Assembly (NCBI RefSeq): GCF_006345805.1
Contig: NC_043005.1
Location: 37,262,001-37,326,000, forward strand
Length of the DNA stretch: 64,000 nucleotides
Reading direction: 5' to 3'
Source: Octopus sinensis
Taxonomy: Eukaryota
Part shown: one piece after another, positions 12,161 to 25,684 of the stretch
Numbering within the stretch: position 1 is the first letter of the stretch
Layout: each line of letters starts with the position of its first letter
Notes under the pieces: generated by a model
Database searches by the model: none
What the model was told of the DNA's origin: nothing
What the model saw: only the letters and a program-made list of their open reading frames with translations
Program-made: the position numbers and the translations under genes

Positions 12161-12826
12161 CACATATGCATATGTTTGTGTGCGTGTGTTTCATTGTCTA
12201 ACACCATGTGATAGTCATAAACAACAGTTGCTGTTGAACAGCTGACTATTCATTAAAGTATGTTTACTGCATGGCTCAAAATTTCCTGTACTCTCAGTTT
12301 TATGTCTTTAAATAATCACATTTGTATTTCAAAATATTTTATGTAAGCTGTCAAGGAAATATTTTAAACAGTCCAGTAGGCAATGTTTCAAGGTTATATT
12401 TTTCATCACTTTCTTGGTTCTCATGAAAAGATATCCACCATATTTGATGACATAGGCTCAGGGGTATTAAATGTGTCCCAATATCAGCAGTGCATATTCA
12501 GAAAAAGAAATTTTAATATCATTAAAGTTTATAAGTTGCTCAGATTCACATATAGAATCCATGTTGATATTTTTGAGTCGTTTTGTGAGAAAAAAATTGC
12601 TTCAAATATGGTAAATACCTCCCTGCTTTTTTATCTATTGTTACATATGGATTCCAACTTCATACAAGGGAAGTCACTCTGAAGTTAATCTTCACTTATG
12701 AAATTCCACTGCTGTTTAGACAGTTTTTTGATGACTTCCAATGCTTAACACTGAATCAAGTCAAAGCTCTTGGAGACTGGTACACATATATTAACTAGCT
12801 ATATGCATTGCTCACAAATAAAACTA

Positions 12827-12902
12827 CATCATTCTTAAACTACAGGTACTCAGGCACACACACGTGTGTGTGTGCCTGAGTACCTGTAGTTTAAGAATGA
12901 TG
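12827..12902. repeat. 76-bp near-perfect palindrome (37-bp arms, 2-nt spacer)
   Basis: catcattcttaaactacaggtactcaggcacacacac-gt-gtgtgtgtgcctgagtacctgtagtttaagaatgatg. Confidence 0.95.
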
Positions 12903-12924
12903 ATGAAGATATATATATATCGCA

Positions 12925-13150
12925 GCGAGCTGGCAGAATCATTAGCACACTGGGTAAAATGCTTAGCGGTATTTTGTCTGCCGCTATGTTCTGAGTTCAA
13001 ATTCCGCCGAGGTTGACTTTGCCTTTCATCCTTTCAGGGTCGATTAAATAAGTACCTGTTATGCGCTGGGGTCAATATAATCGACTTAATCCGTTTGTCT
13101 GTCCATGTTTGTCTCCTCTGTGTGTAGCCCCTTGTGGGTAGTAAAGAAAT
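12925..13150 (+). mobile_element. SINE family B, well preserved
   Basis: gcgagctggcagaatcattagc head, ttctgagttcaaattcc B-box-like motif, central gttgactttgcctttcatcctttcagggtcgattaaataagtacc domain. Colinear with 63445-63665. Confidence 0.9.
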
Positions 13151-13333
13151 AGATATATATATCGCTCGTCTATGGCATCCAGGAGTTTTAACACTGGGTG
13201 CATTAGTAAGAATATATTCTTTTTCTTTTACACCTATAAGCACAGCCTGCCCATGCGCTAGAAAAACACATACCTCGTCTGTGTTTGTTCAATATTGTTT
13301 ATATCCCTTGAGCTGCTTTTAATTCAGATTTAA

Positions 13334-13371
<38 letters not shown>

Positions 13372-14914
13372 GCACACATATATGTCCGGAGGACTTTATT
13401 CAGTTTCTACCTACCAAATCCATACAAAGCTTTGGTCAAAGACATTTTGCCCGAAATGCCAGGCTGTGGGTCAGAGGCTGAAAACGCATGATTGACAAAA
13501 GAATGCAATAACCACACAGCCAAGCCTGCTCTAAATTTACACACACACACACACAAACACACATGCATGTGTGTATGTGTTTATGTATATGCATACTTAA
13601 ATATGTGTATGCTTGCCTTGCACAAAAACACCAAATTAGCATGTCAAATTAGTTCCCCGAAGATGCAGTACTAATTGAATATATTAATATAATAAAAATG
13701 CACTAATTGTTTCTATGACATCAAAATTATGTTGTCTAAATTTCTTCTTGAAATACATTTTCATTTCATTTTTCTATCCTTTTTGAAATTAACGGAATAC
13801 AAGAAAAGATAGTAGAAATGGATTTACTATTCATCAGTTAATTAGAAACGGAACATTGTTTTAGTGTAATAGTAAAAGTAATGAAGAGGAAGAAAGAAAT
13901 ATAGTTTTACCAATTTATTTCTTTGGAAAATACTTATTCAATCACATTTAAAATGCACTTCGTTTATCTACTTATTTTTGTCGCTTTGTCCTTTTGCTTG
14001 TATGCATCTATGGAAGATGATAAAGTTCTTTAACGAAGTTTCATTAAATTTACTTTCATGGTTCTTTCAATGTTGGGATCAATATTCAAATTTATGAATA
14101 CATAGTTGGTGCAGGTGGGGGCTGAGTGGTTAAGGAGATTGCTTCTAAGCTACATGGTTCCAAGCTCAGTTCTACTACATGGCAACTTGGGCAAGTGTCT
14201 TGTACTAAAGCCATTGGCTGCTGAAAGCCTTCTGATTTAGTAGGTGGAAACTGAAAGAAATGTATCATATATTAAGTATGTATTTATGTATCATCATCAT
14301 CATCATCATCGTTTAACTTTCCATGCTAGCATGGGTTGGACGATTTGACTGAGGACTGGCGAACCAGATGGCTGCACCAGGCTCCAATATTCAGTTTTAT
14401 TTCAAGATTTCTGGCCAATAAATAAATGAGCTGATTTCTAGCTTCAAGACTCTTTAATTGGAATTTCAATGATATTTTGCATATATGTGTATATATCTGC
14501 AGTATTTGGAGTCAATCATGTACAGATTTTTATGTTTTGTTTTATGTGTATGTATTCTCATGCATATAGTTGCATATCTAGACATGCTCATATATACTTA
14601 GATGATAAACTTCTGGAAAGTTTTACAGATTGTTATAGTTCCAGTGATTGCTTCGATCTGTAGTCTTCAAATCAACTTTCTCCTTTATGGCTTTGAGAAG
14701 CCTATTTTTTCAAGATTGGTATGCGGGCAGCGTGCTACATAACCTAGTACCCCAATAATTACAAGTATAAACCTGGACTTGTAATCTAGGTAGAGTATCT
14801 GCAGAGTTCTCAGTAGCCCAGTGTATTTATTTTTTTAACGCTGATCTGTTAACATCTGCTGGGCAACTAATTTCCACTATTATATGTGTGTGCATGTGTG
14901 TGGGTGTGTGCATA

Positions 14915-15150
14915 TATGTCTGCATCTTGACATCAAGTGATAGTTGTAAATGAGTGTCACTGTTATACAAGCAGTGTCATTTATTTCCAATATTCTGTGG
15001 AAACATGTCTGGCCATTGGGAAATATTATCTTTCTTGGAAACAGGTGAGGGCTGGAGTCAGGAATAACATCTGACTATAGAAAATTTAATTCAATAAAAT
15101 TATTCTGACTGATACAAGTATGGAATAATGGACATTAAAATGATGATGAT
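14915..15150 (+). mobile_element. Family E repeat (aacatgtctggcc...ggaaacaggtgaggg...aatgatgatgat tail)
   Basis: Related copies near 7395-7570 (-), 35850-36075 (+), 38770-38990 (-) and 31990-32120. Confidence 0.7.
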
Positions 15151-15412
15151 ACTTATTATGTACCTTTGTATTAAATTCTTTTATAGTAACTTCCTTCATC
15201 TGTTCTTCATTTCCATCAACTTCTTAATTGTTCCATTCATATCACCCATTACTGATTCAAATTAAGAAAGTTGTAATCAATTATTTCTTCCAAATGAGAC
15301 TAAAGTTTATCATATATATCTCTACTGTTATTGAAGCCAAGATTAATTTTCCAATTTTTTTAATACTTCTTTTCTTTTTAATAGATTTCAGTCATTGGAC
15401 TGTGATCATGTG

Positions 15413-15637
15413 AACCCTTTAGCATTTAAACTGGTTATATCCAGCCTAAATATTTGACCTGTTTTATGTTCAAAACAGCCAGATGTGGTTCCTCACACCT
15501 GCCTTACAATATCAGTCTAAAAATAAATAATCACATCATCGAAATCTTGGAAGTATGCAACAATGCACAATTAATTCAAAACAATATAAATAAAAAGGCA
15601 TTACATTCGATATAAAAATCTGAATACAAAAGGGACA
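15413..15637. mobile_element. MITE with piggyBac-like termini, decayed
   Basis: Starts aaccctttagcattt and ends aatacaaaaggg (imperfect inverted ends). Confidence 0.45.
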
Positions 15638-15819
15638 AGGGCTTGTCGTTCACATCTAACCCAATATTTTCTTTTTAACTGTTACTTATTTCACCAGTTT
15701 CTATTTGTCAGATTGTTCGGTTAAAGGGCATGAGCAAATCTGAACATAGGCATAAGACACATACATGTGTATGTATATCTATCGATCCATCCATCTGTCT
15801 ATCTGTCTGTCTATAAAGG

Positions 15820-16135
15820 AGTAAAGAGTAGAGCCCACCATCAGTCATGAATGACCATGGGATTGCACCTAGAAAGTTACCCTCCAAGGGACAAGTCCAA
15901 ACAAAGTTGTTTATGAAAGTCCAGCAGTTTCCTATGCATACCAGCCTCCATTCTTTACACCACTGTTACAGCTTGGCACCAGTGACGTCACAGCTCATTT
16001 CTATAGCTGAGTGAACTAGAGCTATGCGAAATAAAGTTTCTTGCTCAAGAGCACAACACACAGCCTGATCTAGGAATTGAATTCACGACCTCGTGATTGT
16101 GAGCCTGATGCTCCAACCATTGAGTCATGTTCCTC
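15820..16135 (-). mobile_element. SINE family D
   Basis: ctcatttctatagctgagtgaactaga..aataaagtttcttgctcaagagcacaacac; relatives at 32660-32870 and 39703-40150. Confidence 0.7.
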
Positions 16136-16826
16136 CACATCAGTATATATATATATATATATATATAAATAGACACACACACACACACATTTTGTAATTG
16201 TTTTGCAAGATTATTGATGTGAACATGTGTGTTGAAATAGATATTGTTATTCTTATAGTGTGTGTTTAATTGGCAAAAAGAAGAATTGCCATGCCCAGAT
16301 ATAACACACACATGCATATACATAATACACAAGCACACATACACACACACACACACATATCTTTATATATCTATCTAAATATTTCTGTATCTATATCTGT
16401 CTGTCTGTCTATACACACACACATACACACAGATATATATACACACACACACATACACATATATATACACACACATACATATAACACAATTGTAATATAG
16501 TGATGTTGTTGGAAACAAATGCTTCTGCCAACATATCTAAAAGATGTATATTGGTATGAATCAGTATCATAAAAGTATAGGTGTATGAGTAGAGGCATGG
16601 TGTTGGTAGTAGATGCTGTAGGAGTGGGTGAGTTGGTGATAGAAGTATCATTTTATGGGATTATTATTACTATAGTGATGAAAATAATTTCCCTGTAGCA
16701 TGACACTTGATAACAAAAATAAAATAATTAAAAAGCGATCAAGCAGTATGGTGTTGATGCTACCATTGATGAATTTTAATGCCTAATACATTAATATATA
16801 TATATGCACATATGCATGAGTGTGCT

Positions 16827-16883
<57 letters not shown>

Positions 16884-17322
16884 TTTTGCTTTATATAAAT
16901 AACTAGTAGTAGGAACTCAATATACTTAGATATTAAAGTGAAGCAGTAGTGAACTATTGTGTGTGGTATTAATTAATGTTTGACAAGACAACAGGAGTCC
17001 TGTAATCATCTTAATTAGCTCTGAGGAAGCTGTGGGCTGTTGCACAGACACTCTTCTCTGAACACACTACTTGTTATTGTAGAAACAGCTGTAAGCTAAT
17101 GAAAGTTATATATATAGTTTAGGTTTCAGTACGGTAGAAATTTGGCATATTAGTATAGTCTTAATAAGTGATTTAATAGCACTGCTAACACAGTAGAATA
17201 CAGTGTTGATGTATAAAACATTCTATATACTTTGCTGTATATTATGATTTCATAACTAAATACAGTGTCCCTAGAAGTCATTAACATGGTGTATATATAT
17301 ATTATATATATATATGTATATA

Positions 17323-17361
<39 letters not shown>

Positions 17362-17719
17362 TTATATAAATAAGGATAAGATTGTTATTTAAATACTGAT
17401 CTTATCAGGTGGCCAGCATGGGAATAAAAACCTTCAAAAGTAATAATTATTATTAAAATTATAATTTAGGGTATCTAAGAGATACCACCACGCTGGAAAT
17501 AGTAGCCAAGACTTGATTCTAAAATTACATTAAATGTTCATACAGCACTAGGAGAGAAGACAAGGAAACAAAATAAACTAGCAAAAAAATTACTAGATGA
17601 TTCTGGATTTTCATAAGAAATGCTCTGCCTTCATCAGTAGAATATACTCAGAAAGCTCATAAATACAGATATATATACGTGCATATATATATATATATAT
17701 ATATAATATATATATATAT

Positions 17720-17721
<2 letters not shown>

Positions 17722-17769
<48 letters not shown>

Positions 17770-17790
17770 GATAGATAGATAGATAGACAG
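17722..17790. repeat. (ATAG)n tetranucleotide microsatellite
   Basis: Direct reading; opposite-strand (TATC)n arrays at about 18410-18495 and 31760-31815. Confidence 0.95.
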
Positions 17791-17931
17791 ATTAGAGTGA
17801 TGATGTGTGACTAGGGGGTCAGGAGGTTACACTCATGATCACTAGATCATGGGTTCGATTCCAGGGCTGGCTGACACATTGTATACTTGGGCAAAACACT
17901 TCATTTCATATTGCACCAGTCCACTCAGCTA

Positions 17932-18300
17932 TGTGGTAAGAAGCTTGCTTCCAAACGACATGGTTCTTGGTTCACTTCTACTGTGTGGCACCTGGGCAAG
18001 TTTCTTCTGCTAAAGTCTCGAGCCAACCAAAGCCTTGTGAGTGCAATTGATTGATGGAAACTGAAAGGAGTCCATCATATATATGTGTGTGTTTGTGTGT
18101 GTATCTTTGCCCCCCCCCCACCACCATCACTGCTTGACAACCAGTGTTGGTGTGTTTAGGCCCCTGTAGCTTAGCAGTTCAGCAAAAGACACCAATAAAA
18201 TAAGTATTAGACTTAAAAAAAAACTGTCCTGGGGTCGATTTGTTTGACTAAAACCTTTCAAGGCAGTGCTCCAGTGAGGCTGCAGCGAAGTGAAAGAATA
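17932..18300 (+). mobile_element. SINE family A, near full length
   Basis: Head tgtggtaagaagcttgcttcc through ctccagtgaggctgcag tail. Confidence 0.85.
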
Positions 18301-18421
18301 ACAGAATAAGAGAATATATATATCAGTATATAGTATCCGTTTATTATCTTTGTTGTCCACTGACCCCATTTCTGTCTTTCCATCTCTCTCTCTCAATGTC
18401 TTTCTCTCTCTGTATCTATCC

Positions 18422-18493
<72 letters not shown>

Positions 18494-19399
18494 CTGTGTC
18501 TTTCTATTTCACTCTCCTTTCTTTTCCGAATGGGTAGTCCTTTATCTTCTCCACAGCAAAACACCTATCTTTGATCTTGTATTATACTTTAAACTCTCTT
18601 CAATTGACACAAAGCTACCTCCCTCAAAATTACTCTCCCTCTTTGTTGAGGGTTCTTTGTCTTGCAAGTTCTTTGCCAACCTTGCCAGTGCTGGTGCAAC
18701 CAGTGCTCTCTGGGAAGCAATTGGCATTAAGAAGGACATCCAGGTGTAGAGACTGTTCCGAAGCAGGCAGTAGAGCTTGTCACAGTCTTCCAACTCCTTT
18801 CAGTCTGTCCAACCTGAGCCAGCATAGAAAACTGACATGAGATGACAATAATGATATACACACACATACATACACGTTATGTGATATATGTTATTGTAGA
18901 GATGTAAGTTTAACTGAAAGTTAGGTTAAAGTTTTAAAATACGAGTCGTAAACAAAGTTTTAACAGATTAAATCAAAAGTGTAACTCAAACAAGGTTTAT
19001 CGATTATAAGGTAAGGAAAGAAAACAAGAAACATTAGTCTAACAACTGGTGCATAATGACTAACATTTGATGAATAAAACATGATTAATTGAGGAAATTG
19101 AGGAAATTAACTTTACTTTGTTAATGTGATAGGAAAACCGGTGCATTCTAAACAAAAAGGGGTTATAGCAAGGTTGTATGGCTATATAGATAAGAGATAA
19201 TAGATATTGAACTGGTAGATGTAAATGAAAGAAAGTGGTTTGTGGTGGTGTGTGGTGGGGTATGATAGGAGGACAGCTAGAATAATTGGGTTCTCACAAT
19301 GCTGGTAAGAGAATTTCATGAAACAAATGCAGACATGAATATATCTGGAGGGATTTTTTCTAATTCTTGGATTTCAATGGAGAACATGTGGAAAATGTG

Positions 19400-20425
<1,026 letters not shown>

Positions 20426-20683
20426 AATACAAACAGCTGCTTGCAACGTTATATCATAAAGGAAAATCATAGTAGTCGAGTAAACTTAACTGAGGGTGTG
20501 AATAACACCTACATTGTTAGAAATAGGAGCTAGAATGCTCCAGTGCTGTTACAAAGCACATAACATATACTCTGACAGGGGTTGCAATCACCTCGATCAC
20601 CAAACTGAGAATTGCTTAGACTGACCGGTCCATTTTGCCAATGTCTATTGGGTAATTGCAGCCACTATCAGAGGATATATATA

Positions 20684-20823
20684 TATCTGTAAATGTAATA
20701 TGTGACAATTATTCGGTAGCCATGTTAAAACTCCGAGTTTCGGATGCTGGGGTGAGAATCCACACTGCCATCTCTTCAGTTATCCGGCCATCAAATAATT
20801 GTCACATATTACATTTACAGATA
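20684..20823. mobile_element. Small fold-back element: perfect 30-bp inverted arms enclosing a hammerhead-like core
   Basis: Arms 20684-20713 and 20794-20823 (tatctgtaaatgtaatatgtgacaattatt and its reverse complement). Confidence 0.75.
20715..20792 (-). ncRNA. Type I hammerhead ribozyme-like motif
   Basis: Minus strand: ..UGGCCGGAUAA-CUGAAGA-GAUG..CAUC-C-GAAA-CUCGGAG-UU-UUAACAUGGCUA. Near-palindromic stem III (AAACUC-G-GAGUUU), GUU triplet, and stem I UAA/UUA plus UGGCC/GGCUA. Confidence 0.55.
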
Positions 20824-20948
20824 AATTCCTCTATTTACATAATATCGAGGTCTCTTTCATTCTTTTGTTCTCTTACCATTTTTATCAATATATATATATA
20901 TATATATACACACACTCACATGTATGTTTATATATATATAATCATATA

Positions 20949-21004
<56 letters not shown>

Positions 21005-22510
21005 CACATATATGTGCATATATTGATTGTTCAATGCGAAAATTAAGGATAGATGAGTGGTTAGTGAGAGCTGTGCAAGCCTTTGGAGATATACTGTGCT
21101 TGAGAAGACCCAGCAAGCTGAATGAGACCATAACTGTGGCCTATGCCAGCACAGCATATCCGGCCTGTTTAAGAGTACCCTTCAATCATTGGGCAATGAA
21201 CTGCAAGAAGACTTAGCAATAAAGTATTCTGCAGAAGTTATATTTTTTTATATTATTAGTAGATACAGAAAGGATTGTTGATTGACAGAACTGTGAGAGC
21301 AGTGGAAAAGATACTGTTTTGGCTCTTTGTTTTTTTTAGTTTGGATCCTGATGAGGTCCTCTTTCCCCTACTATATTGATAAAATAAACTACCAAATACT
21401 AAGATCAATGTTTTTAACACATTCTCACCTTTCAAAATACAAGTCTGGTATTTGTATCATAAACAATTATTAGTTGCCATAGTGATACATTATTAAATCA
21501 TCCATAAATCTACTGATCAAACTCTTGACCCAGTTTTGATTTTCATTCAAAAGCTTATTTATACCATTTTAGTATTGAAATGGCACAGAATATTACAAAT
21601 CCAAGACAATGTAAACAAGAAGAAATATTTAAATAAAAAATATACGAAAGCTGCACAAATAATCTCTTCAAGAAATTCCACAACTAAAAATGCTAAGTTT
21701 GACAAACTCTACAGCTACTTGCAACTGAAGATGCAAATATTGCAATGTGTAAGTTATTTTGAGATGACAACAAATCACTTTAACATGTCATAGCATCTCT
21801 TCATAAATCAACGCTTTTGTGGTCACAAATTCAAATGCTGGTTGTCCACTGTCTTTTTAGAAACTCATCTCAGAACATAAAGGAGTGTAATAAGATGTGA
21901 TGTCATATTTAACCTGACCTACTACTTCTCTCAATTATGGATGTACAGCTTAAGATGTGAAAAACGAAAGGAAAAAATGAGAGTATGTGTGGTGTTAATG
22001 GCTTTCTCAAAGACAACTGTGAGTGAATTAAATACAGCCATTTATTCTAACTGTAAATCATAAATTTGTACAATGAAGTAATTGACTGGTGTTTTTTTTT
22101 TATTAACCCTGGAAAGATGAAAAGCAAAATTGACCTCAGTGGAGTTTGAACTCAAAATGCGGAATCAGAACTAATGCCATAGCATTTTTCCCAATGCTCT
22201 AATCATTCTGCCAGCTTACCAACTTAATAGTTTCTGATTTAGGTATAGTGCAGCAATTTTGAGGGGAAGTAATGAATCAAAACCATCGGACATGGTATTT
22301 GAATAGCTCTTTTATTTATTGGTCTAAGGAGGATGAAATGCAAGGTTGACTTTGGTGAGATTTGAACTAAGGATATAAAGAACTGGAAGATATACTACAA
22401 GGCTTGTCTTTCGCTGTTTTATGATTTCACCATTTGACCATCCTGTATAATAATGATTTTAAATTTTAGCACAAAGCCAAGAATCTTGAGGGTGGGGTGT
22501 TAGTCACTTA

Positions 22511-22722
22511 TACATGAAGGGGTGCTGGAATGTTCCTGGCTTTAAAGGTATTGTGAAAGGCTTGACTCGAGGCCCATCCTTTTACAGGCTTAGAAAACCT
22601 GAAGGACCACTGCAATAAGTCTGTGAATCTGAGAGGGGAATATGTTGAATAAAATCATAGTTAACTGATCCTCCAGCATCTTCTTTTACCCAAGGCCAGG
22701 AACTTTTCAGTATCCCCTTGTA
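22511..22722 (+). mobile_element. Mariner-derived MITE inserted in a family B SINE
   Basis: TIRs (aaggggtgctggaatgttcctggc / gccaggaacttttcagtatcccctt) with TA ends. Internal aagtctgtgaatctgagaggggaatatgttgaataa reads KSVNLRGEYVE*, like a mariner transposase C-terminus. Confidence 0.8.
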
Positions 22723-24046
22723 GATTCTAGTACTCAACTGGTACCTTATTTTATCAATGATTGAAGTCAAAGTTGATCATGTGGGTATTCGAACTCAAAC
22801 ATAACAAGTTGGAAGAAATATCAGAAATGATTTTTCTGATGTACCAACAGTTCTGCCAGCTCACAGCCTTGATCAAATCTACCATAGGTACAAGGCCTGA
22901 AAGTGGAGAAGATGGTTTGTTGAAATCATTGACCCCAGTATTTTACTAGTACTTATTTTATTAACCTCATAAAGATGAAAGGCAAAGCCAACCTTTATGG
23001 TATTTGAACTCTGAAGAGAAAAAAGCAGAAAGAAATACTGTTAAGTATTTTATCTAATGTGCTAGCAATGCTGCCAGCTCACCAGCTTAATAATAGTAAT
23101 AAAAAAACAATAATAATAATGATATTTTTGTATATAAGTATGAAGCTTATACATTAGTGCAAGAAGTAAATGAATTGTATTAGACATTTATACCTTTCTA
23201 AATAGTATTAAAGATGTGAGTAAAAACATTCTTAATACCATGCACTTTAAAATGGTAAAGTGGAAGGAAGTCGTTCAATCATTTGATTGCTGTATATTCC
23301 AAGAATTTATTTTATTGATTTTTGTAAAGTTGATAGGCAATTCAGACCTCTTTTGCGAGGTAAGTAGAGTCAAGACTTTCTACAAACGTAATATTACTTG
23401 TTGGTAGCTTCAAACTCACAAATGCAGAGCGGAACAAGAAATTGGGTATTGTGTTTATTTTAATTCTTTCTCTTTTGTAATGATTTACAACAACAACAAC
23501 CACAATAATAATAATAATAATAATGATAATAATTTAACGTCCACTAATAATAATAATAATAATAACAATAAAAATTTCAAATTTTGGAACAAGGTCAGCA
23601 GTTTTGGGGGATGAATATAATCAGTTACATTGACCCCAGGGCTCAACTGGTACTTATTTCATTGTCCCCATAAGAATGAATGGCAAAGGCAACCATAGCA
23701 GGATTTGAACTCAGAATGTAAAGATGGACAAAATGCTGCTAAACATTTTGCCCGGCATGCTAACAATTTTGCTAACAAGAGCAACAACAAGAACAACAAT
23801 AATAATGATAATGATCATAATAATGGTAACTGTTTCTAACTTGGCACAAAGCCAGAAATGTTAAGGGCAATGGGGAAGTTGATTACATTATCTCCAGTAT
23901 TTGATTGGTACTTATTTTATTGACCTTGATGCATTGAAAAGGAAACTTCACCATGACACTCTTGAAACTCGGATGTAAAGAGCTGTAAAGAGATGTAAAG
24001 AAAAGCTGCAAAGCATTTAGTCTAGTGCACTGTTGTTGAATCTGCC

Positions 24047-24089
<43 letters not shown>

Positions 24090-24370
24090 TTGAATATCAA
24101 AGAAATTGAGAAATATCAGTATCTAGCAAGAAAGACAAAGTGATTGGGGAAGAGTAAACTGATAATTATTCATTGTAAATGGTGCACTTGGCACCCCATC
24201 CAAACTGCTACATAAGAATCTGAAAGATTTTGGAATTGAGACTTGTTGACTGGCAGAAAAATGCTATCTCATATTCTGCAAGAATCTTAAGAAAGATTCT
24301 CGAGATTGAAGATCAAGACTTGCTGTCAGCAAACCACAAGACAACAACCCTGCTAATGAGAGTTGCACGT
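24090..24370 (+). pseudogene. R4/Dong-like non-LTR retrotransposon 3' fragment (region after the REL endonuclease)
   Basis: Decayed translation EIEKYQYLARKTK*..FIVNGALG..KLLHKNLKDFGI..(frameshift)QKNAISYSARILRKILEI resembles the R4-clade C-terminal pattern KY.DLA.E...W...PIVIGALG...LQK.ALLGTARILRKVL (recalled, not searched). Confidence 0.65.
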
Positions 24371-24556
24371 AATAGTTTATTACATTGATTAGTTGATTAC
24401 ATTGACCACAGTACTTAACTGATACCTTATTTTATCAAACCTTGAGTGAACGCAAAGTTGCTCTCCATGAGAATTGAACTTGGGAGACATAAAGAGTCAG
24501 AAGAAATACTACAATGCCTTTTTTTCCAATGTTCTAACAATTCTGTCTGATATCAC

Positions 24557-24611
<55 letters not shown>

Positions 24612-24831
24612 CTCTTCTACTATAGGTGCAAGGCCTGAAATTTTGGGGGAGAGGACTAGTCAGTTACATTGAGCCCCACCCCCCACCAGTGTTTCACTGG
24701 TACTTAATTTATCAAACCCTGAAAGGCTAAAAGGCAAAGTCAACTTTGCCTTTCAGAACATAAAGAATAATAATATCAGACGGGTAGTCATAATGGGTAC
24801 ATTAGGTTTCATATATTTGTACCTCAGTGTC

Positions 24832-24884
<53 letters not shown>

Positions 24885-25455
24885 CTTTTCTTCAATAGGC
24901 ACAGGACCTGATAATGGAATGGGGGCTAGTCAATAACATTGATGCAATAAAATAACTGCCTTTCATTTTTTTGAGGACAATTCTGCAGCAGAATTTGATC
25001 TTCGATTCTTAAGACAGACAAAATGCCACTAAGCATTCTGTTAAACATGCTAATGATTCTGCTAACTCACTACCCTATATAATAATAATAATAATAAGGA
25101 TGAACTTATTGTTTACAGTACTCAGAAGAACAACTGTTTGAGGACAAAAGTTAAAAGTGGGGACAAAAGACAGCCATAAATGAAGTAAAAGAAGACGGCA
25201 ATGAAAGCTAGAAATGCATCTTACAGCACAGAGAATAAAACAAAATGACAGCAAAATTAATGTCAAAAGAGCTATAATGAGGGAAGGGTACATAAGTATG
25301 TCAGGAGTCAGGAGTAGTATTGGTGAATTTCAGAAAGCATGGAAATTTTAAACATGCAGTATCCTGACAGATAACTATTGATATAGGTAGTTTATTCCAT
25401 GTTTCAAAATTTTTGTGCACAAAAAAAAAGAAAAATTTCTGTTCTTTTAACATCA

Positions 25456-25684
25456 TTAACCCATTTGTTACCAACCCAGCTGAAACCAGCTCTGGGCCTG
25501 TAGTGCAAATGTCTTGTTTTCATAAGTTTTGAATTAAAATCTTCCACCAAACCTGAGTCACAATTTATGTTCCTAACACTAACTTAATGATAACTAAGTT
25601 ATTTTACTAAATTCTTTGTTATATTTAAAGTAATTGAAAGAAACACAAAGCATCTCAAAATAAATACTGTAACGAAAGGGTTAA
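25456..25684. mobile_element. piggyBac-type MITE
   Basis: TTAA flanks; TIRs cccatttgttac / gtaacgaaaggg. Reverse complement of 2447-2664; a related decayed copy lies near 27995-28212. Confidence 0.75.

Larger units (their letters stand above)
22085..25075 (-). mobile_element. Head-to-tail cluster of about 9 decayed family B SINEs, all on the minus strand
   Basis: Copies near 22085-22219, 22235-22440, 22455-22870, 22880-23088, 23575-23778, 23830-24050, 24385-24560, 24610-24770 and 24885-25075, many separated by (AAT)n, (AAC)n or (AGT)n. Confidence 0.75.

Noticed and set aside
12380-12780. Coding-looking unique segment (ORF 12383-12682), and a similar one at 58040-58570
   Set aside because: Stops in most frames and no motif I can recognise; possibly very old TE debris, but unsupported without a search.
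12925-13000. tRNA-like A/B-box sequences as tRNA genes
   Set aside because: They are SINE heads continuing into SINE bodies; no complete cloverleaf found.
21573-21755. Plus-strand exon-like stretch (ttttag ... TGT|gtaagt) and other isolated splice-like signals at about 23360, 27145, 27440, 29735 and 34308
   Set aside because: No recognisable protein, no consistent multi-exon frame, and such signals are frequent in AT-rich DNA.
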